Positions 33,194 to 42,770 of a stretch of 63,289 nucleotides of DNA are shown here, in pieces (position 1 is the first letter of the stretch; every line of letters begins with the position of its first letter). The DNA is from an uncultured Gammaproteobacteria bacterium (GTDB taxonomy: Bacteria > Patescibacteriota > Microgenomatia > Levybacterales > GWA1-39-11). Made by a program: the position numbers and the translations under genes. The notes below the pieces were generated by a model. That model searched no databases and was not told the DNA's origin. It saw nothing but the letters and a program-made list of their open reading frames with translations. The stretch is taken from assembly GCA_964504535.1 (NCBI GenBank), contig CAZDED010000009.1, positions 1 through 63,289 of the forward strand. The letters are read 5' to 3'.

Positions 33194-34707
33194 CTAAATG
33201 GGACGACACCGTCGTCAAATGAACGAATACATTGATATAGCGGGCTAATCTGGCGGTTCGAAATGCCCGGATAGCTCCACACCAGTTTTTTAGCAAATAT
33301 CGAACCAAGAAGGATGCGTTTTATAGTTAGGTTGGAATTGAGGTACGTTTGACCTAAATTTTCAAAATAGATTTTTACAGTTTCCACAATTTCTTCAAGA
33401 TTATATTGCTGAATTAGCATTCCGCTCCTATTCATCTGACAGGAGGCAATCTTATCTTCTATGACAGCATTTTGTTCTCTGAATATTTGGTCTGAATAAG
33501 TTCCGCTTAGATTTTTCTCAATTAACGCTTGTCGTAAAGCATAAAGTTTTGTGATTTCTACCTCTGCCATTTCTTTCCTCTTTTGAATATTAGAAAGCCT
33601 TTTCATATATTCCCTTCGAAGAACGGAGATAAATAGAGCTAAACACTTTTCGGTTGGTGTTATTTCTTGTAATGTACCAACTAAAGTTTGTTCCAATTTT
33701 TCAATCGGTACAGATGGAGCACCACACCTCTCTCGACAAAAATAATACCCATACCTACAACTTCTACCCTTACTCCATGCGCCTGTAAAAACTGCCCCGC
33801 ATTTGCCGCAGTTAATTATTCTTCGTAAGGGAAAGTCTGTATTATCTTTATTCTTTCTGGCTAGTGGGACAGCAATATTCGTGTTTCTTCCGTCAAGAAT
33901 AGATTGAACCTTATAAAATTGTTCTTCGGTAACCATCGGCGGATGTTGACCCTTAACTTCTTCCGGATGTGCACTAGAAGTTAGAATCCCCATGTAAAAC
34001 TTATTCTTAAAAATCCTTTGCACAACGCTTTTTCCAAGAGGATATCTCTTTCCCTTATAAGTTTGGTACAACCCCCAATAATTCATTATGTTAACAATTT
34101 CCCTTAAGGACTTGCTGCCAGTTGTCATCAAGTCCCATGCTTCTTTTACTTTGTTAAAGGCTTGAGGGTCTTTTATCACATATCCGTTCTGGTTTAGGTA
34201 TCCTAAAGGAACATAACCTGTATGAAGGCCTGATAAAAACCGCGCACGCATACCATTTCTTGTTCTTTCCGATCTTACGTCATTATCAAGCTGTGCAAAC
34301 CCGGCAAGCATAGTCTCAACAAGCTTTTCCGTAGGGCTGTTTCCGGTAGGCTCTGTAGCAGAAATTAACGTAATTTCACATTCTGCTAACTTTTTTCTTA
34401 TAGCTAGATAATCAGATGTTTGACGGGAAATTCTGTCTAATCGGTATATAAAAACAGCGCTTAAATTCCTTTTGTTTCTCCTGCAATACTCAAGCATTTC
34501 AATAAGTATTGGCCGTCCAAGAATAGTTTTTGCGGATTTTCCTTCTTCACGAAACACTTCTACAATCTCAAAACCCTTGCGCATCGCCTCTTTCCTACAT
34601 AGCTCTTCTTGAGTTCCAAGAGAGAAGTTGTCAACCTGTTCTTCGGTTGAGACACGAAGATAAATGACTGCTTTTTTTGGCTTTACGTTCTCTGTATATA
34701 TACCCAT
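33133..34707 (-). CDS. Large serine recombinase (resolvase catalytic domain plus recombinase domain plus zinc ribbon)
   Basis: 524 aa. KAVIYLRVSTEEQ carries the catalytic Ser, followed by ...VFIYRLDRISR, and the Cys cluster CGKCGAVF...CRERCG. The last 61 nt of the ORF are antisense to tRNA-Glu. Confidence 0.9.
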   Translation of the reverse strand: MGIYTENVKPKKAVIYLRVSTEEQVDNFSLGTQEELCRKEAMRKGFEIVEVFREEGKSAKTILGRPILIEMLEYCRRNKRNLSAVFIYRLDRISRQTSDYLAIRKKLAECEITLISATEPTGNSPTEKLVETMLAGFAQLDNDVRSERTRNGMRARFLSGLHTGYVPLGYLNQNGYVIKDPQAFNKVKEAWDLMTTGSKSLREIVNIMNYWGLYQTYKGKRYPLGKSVVQRIFKNKFYMGILTSSAHPEEVKGQHPPMVTEEQFYKVQSILDGRNTNIAVPLARKNKDNTDFPLRRIINCGKCGAVFTGAWSKGRSCRYGYYFCRERCGAPSVPIEKLEQTLVGTLQEITPTEKCLALFISVLRREYMKRLSNIQKRKEMAEVEITKLYALRQALIEKNLSGTYSDQIFREQNAVIEDKIASCQMNRSGMLIQQYNLEEIVETVKIYFENLGQTYLNSNLTIKRILLGSIFAKKLVWSYPGISNRQISPLYQCIRSFDDGVVPFSDPCGSRTHPTGMKTLFPNR

Positions 34708-34709
34708 AT

Positions 34710-35093
34710 TTATAATGTTTGTAATATTTCACCTAATGTTTTTCCTCCGTAAGTTTGTCGTTCGAAAATATCAAGCCAACTACAAGCCAAAAACTCAAAA
34801 TCCGATACTAGATTCGTAAGTTGTTCGTCTGTAAATTCCCTTGATGCTTCTCCAATAACTCCTCTTGCTCGCTCCGACTTTGTAAGTTCCTGTGATGTAG
34901 GGAAAATAGCACTTAAAGCTTTTTCTATGCTTGTCGTTTGTATTGGAGTAGGCAAGTAGTTTTCTTTTGCATAATCAGTAACATTCTGAGAATTCAATTC
35001 AGGACTATCAAGCTTAAATAGTGGTAATTCTGAGGTTTGCATACTATCAATATATGGATAGTATATATCCAAATAGGGATAGTTGTCAAGCAC
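34710..35093 (-). CDS. Hypothetical protein (127 aa) directly upstream of the recombinase
   Basis: The ORF ends 3 nt before the recombinase start. I recognise no motif. Confidence 0.45.
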   Translation of the reverse strand: MLDNYPYLDIYYPYIDSMQTSELPLFKLDSPELNSQNVTDYAKENYLPTPIQTTSIEKALSAIFPTSQELTKSERARGVIGEASREFTDEQLTNLVSDFEFLACSWLDIFERQTYGGKTLGEILQTL

Positions 35094-35154
35094 TAACTTG
35101 CTTCAAAATTATGTGATATACTACGCTTAATCTGCTCATCTGCCCATTAAGGGT

Positions 35155-37797
35155 ATGATGGATTATCAGTCATTAAGAGCTGACCATATAATCGGAGCAT
35201 TTATCTCCAATCTTCCCCATATAGTTGGGAATTTTAACAGGGGTTTTCAGGTAGTCATTTTCATCTTTCTTTCGGTGTTCTTAGTTTTTCTTCTTGGATT
35301 TTCCTTACTAATGCTTATAAGGCTCTATTTCTTCGTAAGATCTTTAAAGAAAGAAGAAGTATACTTGGAATTAACCCCTCCTTCAATAACCGAACAAAGC
35401 GCATATTCTACAGAACAGCTTTTCCTACTTATCCATACCTTAGGGAACCAAAAATCTTTTCTTGAAAGATTATTAAATTTAAAACCGAGATTTTCACTAG
35501 AAATTGTATCAACAAAGAGCGAAGGTATCCGTTATTTACTAAAGACTAATAAGAAAGAGGCGGGAGCACTTAAGAAAAGCATCCTTTCATATCTACCCCA
35601 GGTAAAGATACAAAAAGTTAATGATTATTTAATAATGGAACCGAGTTTTAGTAAGTTTAAAATTGTCGAGTTTAAATTATCAAATCATTTTGCCTACCCC
35701 CTAAAGAGCCAACAAACACTAGGGTTGCACGATCCGATTTCATATATAACGGGCATGATGACAAAGCTTGAAAAGGATGAGTTGGTAGCCCTTCAGATTG
35801 TTTTAACTTCAACCAAAAATAAAAAGATAAATGAAATTTCAAACTTAATCCTTCGAAATTACGATGTCCTAGATTTTCTTAAAAATGACAAGGACTTTGG
35901 TCTGCTAACTCCGATTATTGCTCTTGGTAAAATTCTTATTTCCTTTGTATTTATTGTTTTCTCAATTCCATTTTGGATTCTTTCAAATATAACAACGAAC
36001 GGAAAAGCACCTTTCCCAAAATTACCGTTTCAAAAACCCGGAACTCTTTATATACCCTCAATCCACGAGCAGGAAATTATAAGTTCCGTTAAATCAAAAA
36101 TAGAACAAGGTTTATTTGAAACCTCAATTAGGCTTTTACTCGCAATTAATGACAGAGATGATGCAAAAGAGCGTATAAGAGGCTTTAAATCATCATTCGC
36201 ATCCTTTAATAGTCCTGAACATCAAAGTGTAGTATCGGTTAAGGACTCAAGGTTTAAATTCTTAAAACAGTACCGACTTTTTATTTTTAAGAATAGATTA
36301 TTATCCTTTTTTAACAAATCCATCTTCTCGGTTTCCGAGATTTCAAGCATTTACCACTTCCCTTATACCTCAAACACAAAAACAGAAAATATTGTCAAAA
36401 CCTACAGCAAAGAGCTTCCGGCACCACTTTCTTTAAAAGGTGAACGGGAATTGGATGTTGTGTTTGCCAAAAACACTTACGGTGGAACATCTACTCTAAT
36501 CGGTTTGTCGGAAGAGGAAAGGGAAAAGCACATGTATATTATCGGAGCAACAGGATCGGGAAAAACAACCATGATTACGTCTATGGTTTCCCAAGACATT
36601 AAAAACGGAAAAGGGGTGGCTATAATTGATCCTCATGGAGATCTGGCAGAAACACTTTTAACTTGTATTCCGGACTCTAGAATTGACGATCTGATTTATG
36701 TTAATCCTGACGACTTAAAGTATCCTATCGGAATAAATCTACTTGAAATTACACCCGGACTTGATGAGGATGATTTGCTTAGGGAAAAGGAATTTATTAC
36801 AGAAAGTGTAATTTCTCTTTTTAGAAAAGTTTTCTCGGAATCAATGGCAGGTCATGCTCACAGAATTGAATACATTTTAAGAAACACTATCCAAACCGCA
36901 TTAACTCTTGAGAACCCAACCCTTTTTACAATTTATGAGCTATTAAATAACCCTCCTTTTCAAAAGCAGGCAACAAAGAATTTGGAGGATGAAAATTTAA
37001 AAAACTTTTGGAAGTATGAGTATGGGAAAGCCGGTGACTACCAGAAAGTTAAGATGATTTCACCGGTTGCAGCACGTATCGGAAGATTTTTATTCTCCCC
37101 TTCTGCAAAGCGAATGCTTGAGCAGAAAAAATCTACCATTAATTTCGATGAGATTCTAGAAAAACAGAAAATACTAATTTGCAATCTTGCAAAAGGAAAA
37201 TTAGGTGAGGACACATCGGAAGTTTTAGGAATTATGGTTATCGCAAAGCTACAGCTTGCCTCCCTCAGACGCGCCAGGATAAGCGAAAAGAAGAGAAAAC
37301 CGTTCTATCTATACGTTGATGAGTTTCAAAACTTTGCAACTGTATCGTTTATCCAAATGTTATCGGAAGCAAGAAAATACAAGACATATTTAGTCATGGC
37401 CGAACAGTCAACTTCCCAGCAAAAAGATAAAAATTTGGTAAATGTTATTTTGGCAAATGTGGGAACAGTTGTTTCTTTCAGAAGTGCAAACCCCGATGAT
37501 GAAAGACTTATGCTTCCGCAGTTTTCCCCTTTTATTGAGAAGGGGGACATTGCAAATTTACCCCGTTATAACTTTTATATAAAGATTTCTGCAGTTAATC
37601 CCGAAGAATCCTTCTCTGGAACAACAATGCCTGTTGAAATTACTTTTAGTAAAGACCGTATTGAGAAGTTGATTCAAGCCTCACGTTTACAAAACGCAAT
37701 AGTATATAAGAAGCCGATTGTTAAATCTTACCACAACGTAAAAACCGCGACTGATACGCAAAATAATATCAATCCCAAAGACGTTTCTGTACTTTAA
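35155..37797 (+). CDS. Type IV secretion coupling-protein-like ATPase (VirD4/TraD/TraG, DUF87-type P-loop) with an N-terminal TM region
   Basis: 880 aa with Walker A (IIGATGSGKTTMI), AIIDPHGDLAE, Walker B (FYLYVDEFQNF) and ARKYKTYLVMAEQS. Confidence 0.75.
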   Translation: MMDYQSLRADHIIGAFISNLPHIVGNFNRGFQVVIFIFLSVFLVFLLGFSLLMLIRLYFFVRSLKKEEVYLELTPPSITEQSAYSTEQLFLLIHTLGNQKSFLERLLNLKPRFSLEIVSTKSEGIRYLLKTNKKEAGALKKSILSYLPQVKIQKVNDYLIMEPSFSKFKIVEFKLSNHFAYPLKSQQTLGLHDPISYITGMMTKLEKDELVALQIVLTSTKNKKINEISNLILRNYDVLDFLKNDKDFGLLTPIIALGKILISFVFIVFSIPFWILSNITTNGKAPFPKLPFQKPGTLYIPSIHEQEIISSVKSKIEQGLFETSIRLLLAINDRDDAKERIRGFKSSFASFNSPEHQSVVSVKDSRFKFLKQYRLFIFKNRLLSFFNKSIFSVSEISSIYHFPYTSNTKTENIVKTYSKELPAPLSLKGERELDVVFAKNTYGGTSTLIGLSEEEREKHMYIIGATGSGKTTMITSMVSQDIKNGKGVAIIDPHGDLAETLLTCIPDSRIDDLIYVNPDDLKYPIGINLLEITPGLDEDDLLREKEFITESVISLFRKVFSESMAGHAHRIEYILRNTIQTALTLENPTLFTIYELLNNPPFQKQATKNLEDENLKNFWKYEYGKAGDYQKVKMISPVAARIGRFLFSPSAKRMLEQKKSTINFDEILEKQKILICNLAKGKLGEDTSEVLGIMVIAKLQLASLRRARISEKKRKPFYLYVDEFQNFATVSFIQMLSEARKYKTYLVMAEQSTSQQKDKNLVNVILANVGTVVSFRSANPDDERLMLPQFSPFIEKGDIANLPRYNFYIKISAVNPEESFSGTTMPVEITFSKDRIEKLIQASRLQNAIVYKKPIVKSYHNVKTATDTQNNINPKDVSVL

Positions 37798-37801
37798 AAC
37801 T

Positions 37802-37827
37802 GTGTAAGCTGATTTACACTGTTTTTT
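37802..37827 (+). terminator. Intrinsic terminator after the coupling-protein gene (GTGTAA-gctgat-TTACAC followed by TGTTTTTT)
   Basis: A 6-bp stem followed by a T-run, 5 nt after the stop codon. Confidence 0.5.
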
Positions 37828-37870
37828 CATTATTTTAAGGCTAAATAGATAACAAGTTCTATATCTATAC

Positions 37871-37890
37871 CCTTATATAAATATAAGGGG
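37871..37890. promoter_or_regulatory. Perfect hairpin CCCTTATA-taaa-TATAAGGG between the coupling-protein and relaxase-like genes (oriT candidate)
   Basis: Direct reading; an 8-bp inverted repeat about 35 nt upstream of the replication-relaxation gene. Confidence 0.35.
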
Positions 37891-37924
37891 AATAAAAATA
37901 ATTTTAAACCTAAAAATAAACTTT

Positions 37925-38695
37925 ATGATAACTCCTACAGAATTAAAACTAAAAGATAAACAAACAGAGATACTCCTTAACCTATATCGCTTTCGCTTCT
38001 TAAACAGAAACCAAATCCAACGACTACTTAACCACAAGAAACACAACAGAATAATTAAATGGCTAAACGAACTAACAAAAGAAAAATATGTTATTCAGGA
38101 ATTCGAAAGAAAAATAGGAGCCATACCTTCTGTGTATTGTCTTGGAACGAAAGCAAGAAAAGAACTTAAAAAGAGAAAGGAAATTAACGAAAAATTACTT
38201 GAACGGGTATACCAAGAAAAAAACTCTTCTCTGGAATTCAAAGCTCACAATATGGCAATAGCCGATATCTATCTATCGTTAATCGATTTAACAAAAAAAC
38301 ATGATGCAAAACTAACCTTCTATACAGCAGTTGATTTAACAGATATGAAATATCTTGTTCTGCCACATCCGGACGCTTACTTTTCTATTCAACAAAAAGA
38401 AATGACAAAGAGATATTTTCTTGATGTTTTTAATCTCAATGCATCTGAAAAATGGTTATTCAAAAGAGTAAAGCAATATTTTAATTACTACGAAGAAGAG
38501 TATTGGCAAGACCACAACAAAAACCCATTTCCTGAAATTATTCTTGTTTGCTTTGATGAAAAAACCAAAAAGAATCTTATAAAAAATATAAAGAAAGGTT
38601 TGGAGGATGAAGAAAACCTCAGCTTTTCCTTAACAACTATGAAGGATATTAAAAACAAGGGAATAAGTAAAGAAATTTTGCTTAAGGTTGATTAA
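37925..38695 (+). CDS. Replication-relaxation family protein
   Basis: 256 aa. The N-terminus LKDKQTEILLNLYRFRFLNRNQIQRLL and ...PHPDAYF are typical of this family. Confidence 0.65.
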   Translation: MITPTELKLKDKQTEILLNLYRFRFLNRNQIQRLLNHKKHNRIIKWLNELTKEKYVIQEFERKIGAIPSVYCLGTKARKELKKRKEINEKLLERVYQEKNSSLEFKAHNMAIADIYLSLIDLTKKHDAKLTFYTAVDLTDMKYLVLPHPDAYFSIQQKEMTKRYFLDVFNLNASEKWLFKRVKQYFNYYEEEYWQDHNKNPFPEIILVCFDEKTKKNLIKNIKKGLEDEENLSFSLTTMKDIKNKGISKEILLKVD

Positions 38696-38710
38696 AACTT
38701 TCAACATTTT

Positions 38711-38878
38711 CTATTCTTTCCCTTTTTGTTCATTAATTATTTTATACCCATCATTCATAATCTTATTAACAAGTACTGTCACTATCCCCTGTAAATCGCT
38801 TCTCGTGTACTTGTCTTGATTATCGATAAGTTCCAAAATCTCATTTTCGTACTCATTTGTAAGTAGCGGATTTATCAT
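38711..38878 (-). CDS. Unannotated small ORF (55 aa) with a strong SD
   Basis: Hand translation gives MINPLLTNEYENEILELIDNQDKYTRSDLQGIVTVLVNKIMNDGYKIINEQKGKE*. It is preceded by AAAGGAGGTTAAAAAAT. Confidence 0.45.
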   Translation of the reverse strand: MINPLLTNEYENEILELIDNQDKYTRSDLQGIVTVLVNKIMNDGYKIINEQKGKE

Positions 38879-38951
38879 ATTTTTTAACCTCCTTTCCCTA
38901 TTTTAGTTCTTGCTGCTTACCTCTACAATAAGTAAAGGCAAGCTGTAAAAA

Positions 38952-39257
38952 CTAAACTTGTTCGTGTAGTTTTTTAACTTCCGTTAATAAACAGGGAGTA
39001 AAATACAAATCTCTCTCAACCCCTGCACCATATGGTCCCTCTATCTCTTTTAGTTCTTTTAATGAAAAATAGCCGAGTTCCGGAAAATCACCCACAACGT
39101 AGCCGAAAAAAGTATCTTTTCCGTCGAACTCTAACGCATACCATGTCCATTTGGTGAACGGTAGAAAGAATTTACATAAAACTTTTGGGTCTTTCTTGTT
39201 TTCGACAGAGTAAAGAGGAGGTAGTTTCTTCTCCACATAAGAAGGCATAAGCATCAT
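38952..39257 (-). CDS. DUF2958-family protein
   Basis: KFFLPFTKWTWYALEFDGKDTFFGYVVGDFPELGYFSLKELKEI matches the DUF2958 core. The start is placed at ATG 39257 (MMLMPS...) behind AAAGGAGGTGAAAAGTAT; the track start is 39338. Confidence 0.65.
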   Translation of the reverse strand: MMLMPSYVEKKLPPLYSVENKKDPKVLCKFFLPFTKWTWYALEFDGKDTFFGYVVGDFPELGYFSLKELKEIEGPYGAGVERDLYFTPCLLTEVKKLHEQV

Positions 39258-39392
39258 ATACTTTTCACCTCCTTTCTTTTCACTTTTTAGAATTTGTTTT
39301 CCTGAAAGCATGCTCATGCTTTCAGATATGAAGAGCACTTAAGCGGGGTGAATTTTGCAAGGGCGAATGTAATGAGTGCACTTTACCCTTGT

Positions 39393-39413
39393 CAAAAGAG
39401 GGGTGCAACCCCT
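39393..39413 (-). terminator. Intrinsic terminator closing the R-M/LexA-like/MBL operon (AGGGGT-tgc-ACCCCT followed by CTTTTG)
   Basis: Read on the minus strand about 20 nt after the 39433 stop codon. Confidence 0.5.
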
Positions 39414-39432
39414 AAAGATATACTTTAACTTT

Positions 39433-39918
39433 TTATCTACTTGCCTTTATTCTTTTTGTTATATAGTCCGTTTGTTTTCTATAGGAACACAAGAACATAA
39501 CCAAAAGTAAACTAATTAATATATAAGGACTCCAGCTTTCAAGTAGTTGAAGTTTTAATTCAATAAATTCATAAAATTTTAACAAAAACAATAGTACCAA
39601 CATTGAACAAAATGTTCGATACATATTATTCGTCTCGGAAAGAAGATCAATCATTGAATCTTTTTTTGAAGCAAAAATAAATTCCTTGTAGTCTGTGAAC
39701 TTTAAGAACGAAACCTTTCTCAATAGTGGTTCAATGACTAACGACCCAAATCTACTAATCACTAATCCTATGAAATAGTATGTAAAAGCCGCAATAATAA
39801 GATTGTCCTGCACTAAGGAAAAGATTGTAAACTTATCGAGAACAATTATAAATATTGTGCCGGGTAACAAATAGTTAAAAAGATTGTATGATGATATCTT
39901 GTCTAAAATTTCCTTCAT
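39433..39918 (-). CDS. Four-TM membrane protein, hypothetical
   Basis: 161 aa. It starts 3 nt after the stop of the upstream MBL gene. Confidence 0.5.
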   Translation of the reverse strand: MKEILDKISSYNLFNYLLPGTIFIIVLDKFTIFSLVQDNLIIAAFTYYFIGLVISRFGSLVIEPLLRKVSFLKFTDYKEFIFASKKDSMIDLLSETNNMYRTFCSMLVLLFLLKFYEFIELKLQLLESWSPYILISLLLVMFLCSYRKQTDYITKRIKASR

Positions 39919-39921
39919 GAT

Positions 39922-40791
39922 TCAATCTATTAAAAAGCTTCGGTAGGTTCTACTTCCATCAAGGTCAAAACTTACCCATAAATGTCCATCGCTACGCGTA
40001 GTAAGGACTTTTCTTAGTGGTCCAATGCCATTAAGACTTACTCCCGTGGTTACATGTTGTGCATATCTACTTGCCATACCACCCTGTGTATCATACATAA
40101 TGTCTCTATCTGAAATGACTATACAATCTACATTAGAGCAATGCAAGAAAATATTTTCATGATAGCCGTTATCGTGACCATGATGTGATGCAACATAAAC
40201 ATTTGTGGAATTAAGATGACTCTGTATTTCTGGATTCTGTAAAAGTTTCTCCCAGGAAGGTGTTTTTTCAAGATCTCCACCAATACAGATTTTTGATCCG
40301 CCATATTCAACAAATACTAATTGACTCAAATGATTTGTGTTGATTTCGTATGAATTGAGATCGCTCCTATTTAGCGAGTATATATATTTATTATACGGTG
40401 GCATATGATAGGGAACCGGCGTGGTATAAGTGTCTTTAAGGTAACAAATATGCCTCAATGCCTCGGTAATTTCGGGCTTAATACTTTTTAATTCGCTTGA
40501 TGAAATATTTTGAGCCAATGAAACGGTTTGAATATGCATTTTTTGTCTAATACTGGGAAGCCCAAAAAAATGATCATGGTCATAATTTGTGATCGTAAGA
40601 TTTCCGAGCACATGCCTTGTTCCATCATGATGGATTAGATTTTGTTTTACTAAAAAATCAATTGGATCATAATTTTCTCCGGAAGCACAATCAACAAGCA
40701 TCCCGTATTCTGGATGACTTCGTGGATAAAAAAAGATGCATTGTGCTTGTCCAACATTGAATATCAAAATCTCTAAATTATTGCTGTTCAT
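39922..40791 (-). CDS. MBL-fold metallo-hydrolase (divergent)
   Basis: 289 aa; ITNYDHDHFFGL (HxHxDH-like) and VASHHGHDNGYH. Confidence 0.65.
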   Translation of the reverse strand: MNSNNLEILIFNVGQAQCIFFYPRSHPEYGMLVDCASGENYDPIDFLVKQNLIHHDGTRHVLGNLTITNYDHDHFFGLPSIRQKMHIQTVSLAQNISSSELKSIKPEITEALRHICYLKDTYTTPVPYHMPPYNKYIYSLNRSDLNSYEINTNHLSQLVFVEYGGSKICIGGDLEKTPSWEKLLQNPEIQSHLNSTNVYVASHHGHDNGYHENIFLHCSNVDCIVISDRDIMYDTQGGMASRYAQHVTTGVSLNGIGPLRKVLTTRSDGHLWVSFDLDGSRTYRSFLID

Positions 40792-40808
40792 ATAAATTCC
40801 ATTTCACG

Positions 40809-41867
40809 TTAATCTTCCACTTTGTCGTGAAATGGTTCTTCTTGTGCCACAGACCAATCCGGTCGTTCAGGAGCCTCGTGATGATGATGCAAAATATTTT
40901 TTCTATTAACATATACTCTTGTTCCTTGTTTCTTGAGCGCATTTGTAATTTTTTTTGCAGGATGCTTTGGATTGTCTCCAGAAGCAGAAATGAATGCGGT
41001 TTCAGCTTTAATTCTTGATAGCACCTTACTACTAAGATTTCTCTTACTTCCATGGTGGGGTACGTCTAAAAACCGAAGGTCGTTAAGTATTAGTCCTTGG
41101 CTGTCAGCATAATCCGATGCAAGTGTTAATCCAGTTTTTCCTGCATCTCCGGTAAATAAAAGCTTGTAACCATCGATGTTAAACAAAATAATTGTACTAG
41201 TATTATTTTCGGGCGAAGTTGTGTCTTCGTCGTTATTTATTAAGTCTATACCAGTATTATCCTCCAGCCAATTAATAGCCTCTTCAGCCATTTTTTGAAT
41301 CGGTGCAAATAATTGACTGAGTGTCTCAATCGGAGAAGGAGTTGACCGAAATAACGGTATTTGAGTTTCATAGTATTCCTTTGAGGGGCCTAAAATGTGC
41401 ATTTTCCCACTGTATCCAGTTGTCCCTTGAAAAGGTTCAATAATTGTAATTCCTTTGCTGGTTGCAAGTTCCTCTAGCTCGTTCGCATTTTGGATCGATT
41501 TCTCAAGTCTTTCCTTCAATCCAGAAAAGGTAATATTTTTATTTTTAAAAAAGTTTTTTATTTCTTGGGAATGTTCCCACGGTTTATGCATAAGTAAGGC
41601 ACCAACCCTTAACTTATCTAATACGATAAGGAGCCCAGAAATATGGTCGATATCTGGATGTGTTGAAATTACTAGGTCAACATAGTCAGTATTGTAATAT
41701 TGGCTAATATGTTGAACAATTAGTTCACCTGCCTCGCTAAAACCCCCATCGATTACAATGATAAATTGCTCGTCGCGCGTCCCGGTTAAATTACCAAAAC
41801 GCAATATAATAGCGTCACCACTTTTTTTACCATTACCAACCGGTATGTAATCTACTTCATATGCCAT
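40809..41867 (-). CDS. MBL-fold metallo-hydrolase, ComEC/Rec2 beta-lactamase-domain-like
   Basis: 352 aa; GDAIILRF...IVIDGG, VISTHPDIDHISGL, LLFTGDAG, LDVPHHGSKRN. Confidence 0.7.
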   Translation of the reverse strand: MAYEVDYIPVGNGKKSGDAIILRFGNLTGTRDEQFIIVIDGGFSEAGELIVQHISQYYNTDYVDLVISTHPDIDHISGLLIVLDKLRVGALLMHKPWEHSQEIKNFFKNKNITFSGLKERLEKSIQNANELEELATSKGITIIEPFQGTTGYSGKMHILGPSKEYYETQIPLFRSTPSPIETLSQLFAPIQKMAEEAINWLEDNTGIDLINNDEDTTSPENNTSTIILFNIDGYKLLFTGDAGKTGLTLASDYADSQGLILNDLRFLDVPHHGSKRNLSSKVLSRIKAETAFISASGDNPKHPAKKITNALKKQGTRVYVNRKNILHHHHEAPERPDWSVAQEEPFHDKVED

Positions 41868-41869
41868 AT

Positions 41870-42109
41870 TTAATGTTTTTTATCTTTGGGTGGATTAGGA
41901 TCGTGTCCGGGGGGAACAGTGTCACTGTCCCGAATTTTCCCGTCAATCCCATGAATTCTGACCTCTCCACCACCAGAGTTAGCTGAAAAGTGTTTTGCAT
42001 TTGCTTCAGCTTGTCTTTGAGTACTACTGTTTGAACTTGCTCGAGAAGCATTATCTCGCTTGGAATCCCATCCGCCATTTGGATTTTTTACTACATGATA
42101 ATTTGCCAT
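41870..42109 (-). CDS. DUF2188-family small protein
   Basis: YHVVKNPNGGWDSKRDNASRASS...TQRQAEANAKHF...GGEVRIHGIDGKIRDSDT fits the DUF2188 pattern. Confidence 0.65.
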   Translation of the reverse strand: MANYHVVKNPNGGWDSKRDNASRASSNSSTQRQAEANAKHFSANSGGGEVRIHGIDGKIRDSDTVPPGHDPNPPKDKKH

Positions 42110-42111
42110 TT

Positions 42112-42729
42112 TTATCGACCTCCTTTCTTGATTACGTCTGACACAACTCCTTGTATTGAAAAGTCTTCAAAAAGATAAATTGGTTTGTTTGCTGGATTTG
42201 TAGATTCGGGCTCTAATCGATAACCTTCTTCACCTTTTGTTAATTTTTTAATAGTTGCTTCCTCGCCAATTAAAGCCACAATTCTACTACCAAAATCTGC
42301 TGTAGACTGTTTTTTGATAAGTACATAATCCCCATCATCAATAGTTTTTCCTGCAACACTTGTATCATTCATACTGTCACCAACTGCACGCAAAAAGAAA
42401 TAATCTTGTTGGGTTCCACGAATTCTCGAAGCATCATATGGGATATATGCTTCTATATTCTCGGTTGCCAAGAGGGGCATACCGCAAGCCACATTTCCAA
42501 CTAAGGGGATTTGTATTTTTTCCGAAGAAACGGGAAGCGACAAGCCACGAGATTTATCAATATATCCTTTTTCTTTCAAAGCATCTGTGTGACGTTGTAC
42601 TGAACTTATTTGAGTGTAATTGAGGGCAATTCGTAATTCCTCAAGTTTAGGGGGAGAGCCCTTTTTATGAGTTAAATCATTAATAGTAGAAAGAACAATT
42701 TTTTGTTTTGACGTAAGAGGATTCCGCAT
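42112..42729 (-). CDS. LexA-like repressor / S24 peptidase paralogue carried by the element
   Basis: It has a LexA-type winged helix (LTSKQKIVLSTINDL...SVQRHTDALKEKGYI), a cleavage-site region GNVACGMPLL, Ser (GDSM) and Lys (ATIKKL). The start is placed at ATG 42729 (MRNPL...); the track start is 42765. Confidence 0.8.
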   Translation of the reverse strand: MRNPLTSKQKIVLSTINDLTHKKGSPPKLEELRIALNYTQISSVQRHTDALKEKGYIDKSRGLSLPVSSEKIQIPLVGNVACGMPLLATENIEAYIPYDASRIRGTQQDYFFLRAVGDSMNDTSVAGKTIDDGDYVLIKKQSTADFGSRIVALIGEEATIKKLTKGEEGYRLEPESTNPANKPIYLFEDFSIQGVVSDVIKKGGR

Positions 42730-42770
42730 GCGTACTATTATACGCGAAATAGCGTAATTATGCAAGGGGT

